A DNA stretch of 63,445 nt, filler included, from Octopus bimaculoides (lineage: Eukaryota): NCBI RefSeq assembly GCF_001194135.2. It is 7 parts of 5 records of this genome, joined end to end, with 100 filler letters (N's around TTAATTAATTAA, not from the genome) between each part and the next. Parts side by side here need not be neighbours in the genome. Positions count along the whole stretch, not along the records: positions 8,949 to 17,873 come from NC_068993.1; positions 17,974 to 25,589 come from NC_068982.1; 5 more parts are not named here. One strand, written 5' to 3'. How positions within the stretch are numbered: the first letter of the stretch is position 1; the number at the start of each line of letters is the position of its first letter. The position numbers were made by a program, and so were the translations under genes. The notes under the pieces were generated by a model. The model saw only the letters and a program-made list of their open reading frames with translations, searched no databases and had not been told where the DNA came from. Of this stretch, positions 10,196-22,186 are shown piece after piece.

Positions 10196-10589
10196 AAACT
10201 ACGAACCTGAGATGAAAGCGTTTACAATATTTAGCAATTTCATTTGACAATATCCACAAAGTTCACATAGCAGTGTATCTCTTTCTCCGATTATAGGATC
10301 TGTTAATTCAATATGGACAGTGCACATATTTCTGTGAGTAATGCAGGCGAAAACCCTCTGTTGTTTCTTGACAAATAATGTATTTTCTGTTGATTTCTTT
10401 GCCTTAAACTCTGGGTAGAATGATAACCATAAACCAGTACAGTTATCGTGGGGAAGTAAATTTTTACGCAATTTATAACCGTTAAGTTAAATTCATCTCT
10501 CGTAAAATATTTCTGCCTTTAAGCAAACTGAAAGAATAACATGAAAAATGCTAAAATAATTTCCTTATTGCAATATCTAAGGGTTCGAG

Positions 10590-10716
10590 ATGGTAGATTC
10601 GTTAGAACCGTGGGTAAATGCTGTAAGGTCTTTCTTCTGAGTTCAAATTCCATCGAGTTCAAAGTTGTGATTTATTTCTCCAGAATCGACAAGTTAAGCA
10701 CTAGTCAAGTACTGGG
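10590..10716 (+). mobile_element. Diverged SINE family C head and middle
   Basis: GATTCGTTAGAACCG...TTCTGAGTTCAAATTCC...GACAAGTTAAGCAC. Confidence 0.55.
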
Positions 10717-10719
10717 TTC

Positions 10720-11616
10720 GAGGGTTCGGTGTGTCCGACTTGTCTCATCCCATTTTCGTCGTGTAACGTGGGTAGTTTCGTTTTCTAATAAGCGAGAATT
10801 TGTCAGAAAACGAAACGACCCACGTTATTAGACGAAAGCAGTGAAGTTTATGGGGGTAAGAGTACAATGCTTTGGGGATACATAAAAAGTGATGGTTCAA
10901 GAAACTTGGCTAAAACTGACGGTAACTTGAATAGTGTCAAATACATCTAGTTGCTGAAAGACAATTAGACACCAAATTGGATGAAGGTGATATTTTTCAG
11001 CATGACGGAGCTCCATGCCACAAATCGCGTGTAACAGAGTTTGGATGATGAAGGTGCTACAGTATTGAAAGATTGGCCAGCTCAGAGCCCTGACTTAAAT
11101 ATCATCTAGTAAATGTGGACAGAACTAAAGAGAAGAGTTCGTCAGAAGAATCCACGCAATCTCGGAGAATTGTGGAAGCTCAGCCAGAGAGAATGGCATC
11201 TCATAGCTGTGAAGATGGTGAAGGATTTGTACGTATCTCTTCCCAGGCGCAATGAAGCAATTATTCAAGCTAAGGAAAGTCACACGAAATATAAACAATG
11301 TACAGTAACTTCTAGAAATGTACATTATGTAATAAATTTTCATTGTAGACATTTTTCTATTTTAAAACACAGTAACTTGATTGGTTTATGTGAGGTGGCC
11401 GAAAACGTTTGCACGGCCAATTTTGGTTGTCGTCTCGCATCTTACCCTCTCATTCAGAACCCCTACTACAAAATATAATGATTAGGTATAGAAATGACTC
11501 CAACAGGGCCAATAATTCATCTGTAAAAAACGCAATGCGAAACATCCACTTATAAGTTGGTAATTAGTAGAAATTTACAATAATTTAAAGCCACGGAAGA
11601 CTTTTGCACGGTACTG
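10720..11616 (+). mobile_element. Tc1-family transposon remnant: catalytic half of the transposase plus right end
   Basis: With stops and frameshifts: YGGKSTMLWGYI...DIFQHDGAPCHKS...DWPAQSPDLNII[E]...MWTELKRRV...SLPRRNEAIIQAKESHTKY*. Spacing fits DD34E if a 2-nt loss is assumed. Ends CTTTTGCACGGTACTG|TA (reverse complement TA|CAGTACCGTGCAAAAG, Tc1-like). Left TIR not found. Confidence 0.88.
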
Positions 11617-11646
11617 TATATATATGTACACACACCCACACTCTTT

Positions 11647-11684
<38 letters not shown>

Positions 11685-12501
11685 CGTGTGTGTGTATGTG
11701 TGTGTGTGTTAATACATTCATTTATCAACAATAGAGGATAAGATGGTAAAACAACTTTGTCCGGAGGTGAACTCAGAGTGTAAAATATCATAAACAATGC
11801 GAGATATTTTGCTTGTTGCTGTACGATCCTATTTCCTGCTGCTCCAAGAGATGGATTAATAATGACGCCCAACATTGTTACACGATTGCTCATTTCTTGA
11901 GAAAGAAGATTGTAATTTGAGTCAGCTTTGTCGTATGACGGATTTCTGCTACATGAAATTGCAACCAAATCGCCATCAAATATAGTCACAGATACGCTAC
12001 ACCGGTACAAATGTGAGGATGATCAGTAATGAAGTGTCTTTTATGACACGTATACTTAGTCAACGGTAACACACAGATAGAAGCAATAGCATTTAATTTA
12101 TAAAGACTATACGATCACATGTGTGGCCGTATCAGATGGTTTCGTATTCGATTGTACCTCATTGTATTTTAAACATAGCCTCGGGTTGGGTTATACCTTG
12201 TGAATAAAATTTGGTAGAAGGAAACTGGAAACTATGCAGAAGATGATCGTGTATAAGTGTATGTGTATGTTTGTGATAGCGTGTGTGAGCATATGTTTGA
12301 GTGCATGTATATATGCATGTATATTTATTTATGTAACGTGAGTTAGTAAATTGTGAAAGAACTCAATTTTGATGAAGAGTAAAATATTTAGTTACTTATT
12401 AACTATAACACATTTATTCATATGCTGGTGAGCACTTCTTTCAAGTAAGCGATTAAGTTTAAGGGGTTCTGAAGAGAAAGTATAATTATCAGATATTTCT
12501 G

Positions 12502-12581
12502 ATAATTGTTTTACAAGGTAATTGTTTTACAAGGTAATTGTTTTACAAGGTAATTGTTTTACAAGGTAATTGTTTTACAAG
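12502..12581. repeat. Minisatellite, 5 x 16 bp GTAATTGTTTTACAAG
   Basis: Direct count; first unit begins with A. Confidence 0.95.
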
Positions 12582-12689
12582 ATTGTGAACACATGTGTTA
12601 TATGAGAAAATCACTGAAAAAATTATTCCAAGCTTATTTTAATCAAGAAGCGTATTGTACAAGTCAGGGTTGATAAATTTGTAAATCAA

Positions 12690-12932
12690 TGACTTAATTC
12701 TTGTGCTTTTCTAACCAAGAGGAGGTGGAAGCTTAAATGAAGGCGTCCTTCGCCTCGAAGGATAAGAACTGGTATCAGCATGAGATAAAAAAAAAAAAAC
12801 TGGCAGAAAGACGGCTGCAGACGTTGCAACACGATGACCTCTACTTTGAATGCTAGACTCTTTTGTTGTAACTTGACGAATAAAGCAAATAAATTATCAA
12901 AATATTGCAAAACTTTTGACTCAACACAGTAA
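12690..12932 (+). mobile_element. Mariner transposase C-terminal remnant with probable right TIR
   Basis: FSNQEEVEA*MKASFASKDKNWYQHEIKKLAERRLQTLQHDDLYFEC* (poly-A slip), resembling the mariner FF.SK...Y..GI..L.ERW terminus; then AAAACTTTTGACTCA...TA. Confidence 0.75.
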
Positions 12933-13826
12933 ATAAATAACAAATGTAACAAAAGCTGTTTCAGATAATCAAACGTAAACTTGATTAAATAATAATCTGA
13001 AGAACTATTGTCAAGAGAATGTGGACGAAGCTGGACAATATCCCTACCAAACTCTGAGTTAAGCGCCTATAATTTATATACCCGGTTTTATTTTAAGTGC
13101 CTGCTTTGTTATCAAGTGTCTACTTAAATCAATTGAGTAAACCTATTTCCCAGAAATTTCAGCTGTAATCTTATGATTAACAAAATCTAATGTAATCTAA
13201 GGGTGATGATCTACTTCTTACTTAAACTGTTTCGCTTAAATAAAATAAAATTTTCAGTATTTTTTAAAGTAACTCTCGTCATAATATAATATGCGTTTCA
13301 AATCAGAAGTCAGGTTATGTGATCACATTATCCACATTTTAAGTGTTAAACACACTTCGTTGAGTACACTTAAATTAAACATGTTTCTATAGCTTTTTGT
13401 AATAAAAAAAAAAAAATCCACCTATGAGTTCATTGACTTCAGATTCAAGGTCATTTATTGTCGGACAAGTGTGAAACTTGATATTCTAGTGGAGTATAGT
13501 GAGCAGTGATTATAAAAGTGACGTAATATATGCAGCCGAGATTTCACGTGGAGATAACACCAGCCAATTACTTTTAGATGGCTTATTATAAATCATAAAG
13601 TCGATACCAGTGTATTAATAATTACATACACGTAATTTTTCTAACGAGAGGCGCAAATACAAAAGTACCATTGTTACAAAAGCAGTTTGTATTAATTATT
13701 TTTCTTTGGTCTTGCTTTAATTTATAGGGAGATGCAATGTCTATGGGCCTTGTTAAGGCCTCTGACATTAATGAGATTGATACTGCTATAAAAAAATATA
13801 AATTGATAAGGTAATTCTAGAGGTTA

Positions 13827-14215
13827 CCGTTGTTGTTGGCACTCCGTCGCTTACGACGTCGAGGGTTCCTGTTGATCCGATCAACGGAACAGCCTGCTCG
13901 TGAAATTAACGTGCAAATGGCTGAGCACTCCACAGACACATGTACCCTTAACGTAGTTCTCGGGGATATTCAGCATGACACAGTGTGACAAGGCTGACCC
14001 TTTGAATTACAGGCACAACAGAAGCAGGAAGTAAGAGTGAGAGAAATTTGTGGTGGAAGAGTACAGCAGGGTTCGCCACCATCCCGTGCCGGAGCCTCGT
14101 GGAGCTTTAGGTGTTTTCGTTCAATAAACACTCACAACGCCCGGTCTGGGAATCGAAACCACGATCTTATGACCGCGAGTCCGCTGCCCTAACCACTGGG
14201 CCATTGCGCCTCCAC
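13827..14215 (-). mobile_element. SINE family B, full length, with target-site duplication
   Basis: Minus-strand head GGCGCAATGGCCCAGTGG...GGTTTCGATTCCC, (AAC)n tail; flanks AGAGGTTACCG (13819-13829) and AGAAGTTACCG (14216-14226). Confidence 0.9.
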
Positions 14216-14853
14216 AGAAGTTACCGANNNNNNNNNNNNNNNNNNNNNNNNNNNNNNNNNNNNNNNNNNNNNNNNNNNNNNNNNNNNNNNNNNNNNNNNN
14301 NNNNNNNNNNNNNNNNNNNNNNNNNNNNNNNNNNNNNNNNNNNNNNNNNNNNNNNNNNNNNNNNNNNNNNNNNNNNNNNNNNNNNNNNNNNNNNNNNNNN
14401 NNNNNNNNNNNNNNNNNNNNNNNNNNNNNNNNNNNNNNNNNNNNNNNNNNNNNNNNNNNNNNNNNNNNNNNNNNNNNNNNNNNNNNNNNNNNNNNNNNNN
14501 NNNNNNNNNNNNNNNNNNNNNNNNNNNNNNNNNNNNNNNNNNNNNNNNNNNNNNNNNNNNNNNNNNNNNNNNNNNNNNNNNNNNNNNNNNNNNNNNNNNN
14601 NNNNNNNNNNNNNNNNNNNNNNNNNNNNNNNNNNNNNNNNNNNNNNNNNNNNNNNNNNNNNNNNNNNNNNNNNNNNNNNNNNNNNNNNNNNNNNNNNNNN
14701 NNNNNNNNNNNNNNNNNNNNNNNNNNNNNNNNNNNNNNNNNNNNNNNNNNNNNNNNNNNNNNNNNNNNNNNNNNNNNNNNNNNNNNNNNNNNNNNNNNNN
14801 NNNNNNNNNNNNNNNNNNNNNNNNNNNNNNNNNNNNNNNNNNNNNNNNNNNNN

Positions 14854-15243
14854 CCGTTGTTGTTGGCACTCCGTCGCTTACGACGTCGAGGGTTCCTGTT
14901 GATCCGATCAACGGAACAGCCTGCTCGTGAAATTAACGTGCAAATGGCTGAGCACTCCACAGACACATGTACCCTTAACGTAGTTCTCGGGGATATTCAG
15001 CATGACACAGTGTGACAAGGCTGACCCTTTGAATTACAGGCACAACAGAAGCAGGAAGTAAGAGTGAGAGAAATTTGTGGTGGAAGAGTACAGCAGGGTT
15101 CGCCACCATCCCGTGCCGGAGCCTCGTGGAGCTTTAGGTGTTTTCGTTCAATAAACACTCACAACGCCCGGTCTGGGAATCGAAACCACGATCTTATGAC
15201 CGCGAGTCCGCTGCCCTAACCACTGGGCCATTGCGCCTCCACA
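14854..15243 (-). mobile_element. Second, apparently identical SINE family B copy (probable assembly duplicate)
   Basis: 14854-15254 matches 13827-14227 by eye, on the other side of an N gap. Confidence 0.8.
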
Positions 15244-16101
15244 GAAGTTACCGAATAGATATACAAAGAGAGTAGAAATGACGGTTAGTAAGAATCTGGA
15301 GGAAGAGACAAGATGAAGCCGATATGTCAAATGGCGGTGTGCACCTATTAACTCTGAATGGCGGTGTACACCTATCTAGCATAAAATGGCAGATAACACT
15401 GTAGTTTCAAAGAGAACAGACAGTGTAAATTTGGGTTAGAGATTGTTTTACATTCTGAAGATTTTTAGCACAGGCGGATGAGTTTATTATTATATTTTGT
15501 TTTGGATGTGATCTTCTATATTTGTATGTGTAGCAGTAGCAACATCATAGCTGTGGAGTTATGCTGTAACTCCTAATTGTAGCAAATCCCTAGATGATCA
15601 AAGCTGAAGTATTTCTTCGCCAGTAAAGAGTAAAGAGTCTTTGAGGTTCGGCTTTGGCTGTTTTGAATGCGAGATCGACAGAAAAAAAAAAAAAAAAAAA
15701 AAAAANNNNNNNNNNNNNNNNNNNNNNNNNNNNNNNNNNNNNNNNNNNNNNNNNNNNNNNNNNNNNNNNNNNNNNNNNNNNNNNNNNNNNNNNNNNNNNN
15801 NNNNNNNNNNNNNNNNNNNNNNNNNNNNNNNNNNNNNNNNNNNNNNNNNNNNNNNNNNNNNNNNNNNNNNNNNNNNNNNNNNNNNNNNNNNNNNNNNNNN
15901 NNNNNNNNNNNNNNNNNNNNNNNNNNNNNNNNNNNNNNNNNNNNNNNNNNNNNNNNNNNNNNNNNNNNNNNNNNNNNNNNNNNNNNNNNNNNNNNNNNNN
16001 NATCAATTGAAATAATTACTCACACTTCATTATCTAGTGCTTTTACAATTATAGACTTAAAAAGTACCTGACCTGTATACAACATATGAACTTGCATTCA
16101 T

Positions 16102-16189
<88 letters not shown>

Positions 16190-17491
16190 CGATATATAAG
16201 GATAAAATGCAAGGATCCAAGCTTCAAGGGGTCCGTGGCAAGTATAGAAGGCAAAGAGTAGAACGGTTACGTTCAGGAACGATAACAATTTACTGACGTC
16301 GAAGGTTGTACACTTTTTCTAATATGGAATGTGCGTGGAAGTCCGACAACCTGAAAATTCATGCATGGTTCACGGTTAGCAACTAGAGTTGCTATGGATG
16401 CGAATAGAAATCCAAATTGAGAGAGTAGAGTGGGTGAAAGCCAGGCTACATATGTTTTCTAGCTAGCTAATACTCTGAGGTAATAATTACTCAACGAGTA
16501 GCTACTTATCAATCAAGCCGATAATTATATAATGGGTGTGAAGCTATATAATGGGTGTGGCGGGGGGACTAACATAGACACATATTATACATCTGGGGAT
16601 CCCAAATTAACTCACCGTAGATATAATTTGAAATGAGTGGTGAATCTGGAACTACAGATTAAAAAAAACAACAAATGCTTGAAGAACAGAGTAAGAAAAG
16701 AGGGGGTGGGTGAGATGCAATATTTGGGAGTGAGAATCGTATAAAGTTGTTAGGACTAAAGAAAAGGAGAGGGGGAAGAGAGGGGTAGGGTGGGTGGTTG
16801 TTGTCTTTAAGGGGAAAAAGTTGCTACAAATATTGAGTTGTGGCCACTTTACAGTAAACAAACATTGGCGTACCCATGCATACACACGTCCACGGAATAA
16901 AATAAAAGCAAATGTTAGAAGAAATGAAATGATGGAGAAGAAAAGGAAATGAAGAGGTCGAATTTCTAGAAATGGAAATCGGGTGGAGTTGTTAGGAAAA
17001 GGAGAGAGGGGGAAGAAGGAGGGGGAAATAGGCGTAGAAAGTTATAGCCTTTAAGTGGAAATAATGGTTAAGAATATTAAGCTGGGATGGGTAAAAATAA
17101 TGGTGTATAATAGGCATGGGTAAAGTTGGTCGCTTTCTACTTCACAATAAATATACACATTCGCACACCAATGCAAATACAGTTACATTCACTTCGCACT
17201 CGTCAGGGGAACAGCTAGCTAGGAAAGATATGCGGTTTGGGTTCCAGTCTCTCAATTTGGATATATATATATGTGTGTGTGTGTGTGTTTGCGCGCACTT
17301 GCGTGTGCGTGTGAAAGTTTGTGAAGTGCATTCCATAAGTTTCGAGACTTTTGCAAGAACAGACAGTTATACTGTCCTACATTACCGTTATTTTAGAATA
17401 ATTTTACTATATGACTAATGAAGCTGACCTGCCAACTTTTGTTATTTTGGATTGAAGGAGACAACTTTAGCACAAAAGCACACACATATGC

Positions 17492-17546
<55 letters not shown>

Positions 17547-17579
17547 TACGATACTAATAAATACGATACTAATAATTAC

Positions 17580-17873
17580 GATACTATGAAAATGAAAATA
17601 ACCGAAGAACTGAAAACCACAGATCTTAGAATGGACCACAGATTATATCTCCCAAAAATCAAAATAGACAATAAAACAACATCAATAATAAATAGCATAA
17701 ACCTGGCCGTCACGGAACTAACAACCACAGAAACAACAGGCAATATCACTGAGCTAAATGACATGATATATGCGGCAGCCACTGCAGCCACAAAAGAAGC
17801 AGGATACTCACTCAAACCCATCCGAACAGGAGTTCTACCACCCAAACAGACCTTGTGGATAAATAACATCCAG
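17580..17873 (+). mobile_element. R4/Dong-like non-LTR retrotransposon, N-terminal ORF fragment after (TAA)n
   Basis: Open frame LPKIKIDNK...INSINLAV...ITELNDMIYAAATAA...PKQTLWINNIQ resembles the pre-RT LN.LIYAAA...W region of R4/Dong ORFs; (TAA)n at ~17497-17545; cut by a gap. Confidence 0.65.
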
Positions 17874-17999
17874 NNNNNNNNNNNNNNNNNNNNNNNNNNN
17901 NNNNNNNNNNNNNNNNNTTAATTAATTAANNNNNNNNNNNNNNNNNNNNNNNNNNNNNNNNNNNNNNNNNNNNTTGTAAACAGAGAGTTACTCACGTTT

Positions 18000-18310
18000 C
18001 TTGCTTAAATAAAAGAAATTTTATTTAACAAACTGTGACGCTAAAGACCGAGGTTACCGTGGTCTTTTCGTAGGTTTTTCTTTCCACGGATAACCTCCCC
18101 ATTTATTGGGAATTTTTTGTATTATTTCGTATTTTTTGTAAATACCCCAAACGTTTTGCGATGTATTTTTTCATCGTTGTCCCCACTTTTGTTTTTTTTT
18201 CTGCTTTGTTTTCGACCCCCTCGAAAAGAAAAACTCTACATTTGTATTTTGTCCCCTCTGTGTTGAGCCCTGTGTGGCTAATAAAGAAACCTATCTATCT
18301 ATCTATCTAT
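18000..18310 (+). mobile_element. Probable LINE 3' UTR ending AATAAAGAAA-(CTAT)n
   Basis: T-rich tract, poly(A)-signal-like AATAAA and simple-repeat tail; clade not assignable. Confidence 0.3.
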
Positions 18311-18344
18311 ATGTTCATACATATAACTTCTCTTTTTTTAATAT

Positions 18345-18860
18345 CTAGTTGGCGACCGAAGGGAAGGCTATCCTCTCAACCCGTGAGTGCTGCTGGATGA
18401 CGGACTCTAGTGATGATGTCATTCTACGCTTTCCGATCTATGAAGCTGGACTCATCATGCTTAAGGTCGAGGTGCTGCGACTTCAGTTCTTCCTGAACTT
18501 GTTTCGCCCATGTGCTCTTCGGTAAACTGCACTGGGTCCAGTGCGTGGTTCGCAACCGCCACAAAAGTTGGTGTGGTAGTCTTCCGGTGCTCGTCAAGCA
18601 GACGCAGCCAGACCACTGTAGCCTGCGTTGTCGGGCATGGTCTTCAATAGTCGGCTTCTCCTGGCTTTGTTCAAGGATGTTTGAGATTCAGTCCTGTAGA
18701 GACCATGGAACTGACAAAGACACCGTATTTGGAGCACCTCAACCTTCTTCCGGTCTTGTTTGGGGATGGTTCAGGTCTCAGCGCTGTAGATGACTCAATC
18801 GGCAGTTGATCTCTGCTGATGGCGCCACTTTCTTCTCCGCAACCAATGAACCAAGATATT
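18345..18860 (-). pseudogene. RTE-clade LINE 3' end (RT C-terminus and 3' UTR)
   Basis: YSAET*TIPKQDRKKVEVLQIRCL...RQRRLQWSG...RLPHQLLW, matching RTE SETW / RL.W.GHV / RLP motifs; tail at (ATAG)n. Confidence 0.75.
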
Positions 18861-19542
18861 TGAAAGGTGTGTAAATAACGTCTGAATGACTTACTTTGTA
18901 GATCTAATTTTTTTCATTCGCAAAATATGCATTTTTTAAGACAGTAAAAAAAATCTGAAAATCGGCTATAATATATATATGCATGCTAATACAAGACCCA
19001 CATTAGACTCCTCACTCGTATCACTACCGAACCAAGAGTTTAACTACGGTCTGTCTATAACGGAAGCTGCCACTCATTGGGTCTTTTAGATACCAATACG
19101 TCTCATATATACTTGCAGGATACATCAACAATGATTTTATAAATTACTTCTTAGTTGAAGGTGAAGTTTACGTCGATCGCATTTGAATTCCTCGTACAGA
19201 CAATCAGAACAAATACTGCTGCGTATGAACAGCTGATGGAAAACTAAAAGAAGATACGAAATGTCCTCCCGTTACTTAATCCAGAGCGTATAGCTTTTTA
19301 AACCGGAACTACATAACTGACATGGTGTTACACACAGCATGTATGTCTCCTCTTTCCATGAGTGCCTCATGAAAATAAAAGATCGGTAATTGCAATTGTT
19401 TTCAGCATACATATACACACATGTATACCTACACGCGCGCGCGCAAACACGCGCACACGCACACACACATGCACACACGTAAATATAAAATTTTCACCGT
19501 TTCTTAACCTACGCCGAATACGTGTGTTTACGCACAACGCTA

Positions 19543-19574
<32 letters not shown>

Positions 19575-19614
19575 CATATAAATACACACTGGTAACTATA
19601 CAGGTTGGGGAGAA

Positions 19615-19664
19615 GGAGAGAGTCAGAGAGAGACAAACGAGAGATAGATAGCTAGATAGATAGG

Positions 19665-19744
<80 letters not shown>

Positions 19745-19750
19745 GAGAGA
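19615..19750. repeat. (GA)n array (other long (GA)n at ~21320-21452 and ~24170-24290)
   Basis: Direct sequence. Confidence 0.95.
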
Positions 19751-20029
19751 TGGACAGTGTCAAAGAAAACATCTGTTGCGTGCTGCGAAAACAAAAAAAA
19801 AAATGAAACTATAGAAGTATACAAATATACAGATATAGAAAGAAAGATATATTGATTAATATTTGTAAAGAAAAGGAACAATAATTTGTAAGAACAAAAG
19901 TATAGATGCACGACACAAAGTCACACGTATATATACATATAGAGATTCATTGGTGATCATAGATACACACACTCACCTCTGTGTATGTATAAGTATGTGT
20001 GCGTATGTGTGTGTGTGTGTGTGTGTGTA

Positions 20030-20060
<31 letters not shown>

Positions 20061-20277
20061 TTGCGTGTGTAAATATACGAGTGTATTCATAAGAGTATGC
20101 ATATATATGTTCATACTGCTGCGCAAACATAGATGTACAGAGAGAAGAAACTGAAAGATAGTATTTGGGCAAAGGTAGAATATATTTCGCATTCGTCATC
20201 TCTCTTATATTTCTCCCTTATATCACTGTCTCTTTCAATCTATCGCTTGTATGTGTTCTTTTGTATGTATGCGTATG

Positions 20278-20345
<68 letters not shown>

Positions 20346-20455
20346 CCTGCTCTGCATTTTGCATTTAACGTAATGCTCGCATTACTTAAATAAATGGAGT
20401 TGCATGAAACGTGCGTACTGCAATAACCTTTAAAATCCGTGTTGTTTTTTTTATT

Positions 20456-20497
<42 letters not shown>

Positions 20498-21342
20498 TAT
20501 ACACACACACACACACGCACGCATACACACACACACATACATACACACAAACACATATATATAGATATGCGTAATTATATACACGTATCTGAATGCAAAT
20601 GTATACCTTTAGAGACATATACAAATTTATATTTACGTACAGATGTCTTTTACCTTTTCTGTTATTTGTTTCACTCATTTGACTACAAGATGGAGGGGCC
20701 CTGAGCAAAATTAAGTGGGGCGCATTTTGCGAATGAGAAAGACTAGATCAAAAATTCTTCCGTAACCGTAAAATTACGTTTCACCTGATGATTACGGTTT
20801 TTTGTGATGCAGTAATGTTCTCATTCTTCTATTAAAAAGATGCGTAACAAGCAGCTGTGCTGAACTGACAATTATTCATCGTCTGTTATTATTCATTTGA
20901 TTGTAATACACCAAGGGTATTTACGACTTGTCGGACATCCTAGAGTATACCAACAACGTACAATTCAACGCAACGTGTGCTTTGGATCAGCCCCTAGACG
21001 CTAAATACTCATAGGGTTGGTTCACTCTGAGTACACAACAGGGATATCGTGTTTGATACTTATAAACCATACGCCAGGACCACAGGTTTATCCTACTTGG
21101 TGCATATCTTTTCAAGTATTTGATTCTATTTTGAATTCTTATTTTACGATATATATATATATAAACGTAGTGCATATACATACATACAGGCGCGCGCATA
21201 TACACACAAACACATACACATATATGTATGTACAAATGCACATATACATACACTCACATATGCAACACACACACATATATATATGAAAACATAATCAATA
21301 AAACTGTAAGCGAAAAAGTGGGAGAGAGAGAATGAGAGAGAA

Positions 21343-21457
<115 letters not shown>

Positions 21458-21796
21458 GGATTGTGAGAAATAAATGATTGCATAAACGTTTATAGTTTAT
21501 ATTTGTTGATTCGGATATTGTGCTTCATGGTCACACAAGTCAAATGACTGAAAGAAGTAACAGAATAAAAGAATAAAAGAGATCCAATCCTGTGAATTTG
21601 ATGGGTTTGCGTTTTAAAAAGCAATATAATGATATTTGCTGGAGATATGTCTTCGAATATTAGGAGGTTGACTATCCACTTCGAGACTTCCTTCTCTCAT
21701 AAGTTGATAAAAATAACAGGTTAGAAATTTCAAACGAGTGCCGAAAAAGAGAGCTTTAACACCAGATCTTCATACATACATACATACATACATACA

Positions 21797-21827
<31 letters not shown>

Positions 21828-21859
21828 CCAGACTATGAATTCCACACAGCCACGCCTAT

Positions 21860-22020
21860 ATATATAGTTGAAATTTACAGAAAAACAAAAGACGAAGACA
21901 GACGATGAACAACAAGGAGCTGTATTAGTCTGATGCTCGGGAAAGTGAGAAAGTCTTTTACGTTTCGAGCATACGCTCTTCAACAGAAAGGAAAACAAGG
22001 AAATAAACAGAGAGTGAATA
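21860..22020 (-). mobile_element. Penelope-like terminal remnant with a minimal hammerhead-like motif (21990-21955)
   Basis: Minus strand CUUU-CUGUUGA-A-GAGC(GUAU)GCUC-GAAA-CG-UA-AAAG. Confidence 0.55.
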
Positions 22021-22055
22021 GAAAAAACCTGTGGATTTAACGATCAATCATGGCG

Positions 22056-22086
<31 letters not shown>

Positions 22087-22116
22087 TGTATGTATGTATG
22101 TATGTATGTATGTATG

Positions 22117-22186
<70 letters not shown>

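Noticed and set aside
12502-12581. Regular short repeats as CRISPR-like array
   Set aside because: Head-to-tail 16-mers without spacers in eukaryotic DNA.
13827-15254. Apparent tandem duplication of a 401 bp SINE
   Set aside because: Copies look identical and sit at the facing ends of two contigs across an N gap; most likely an unmerged overlap rather than biology.
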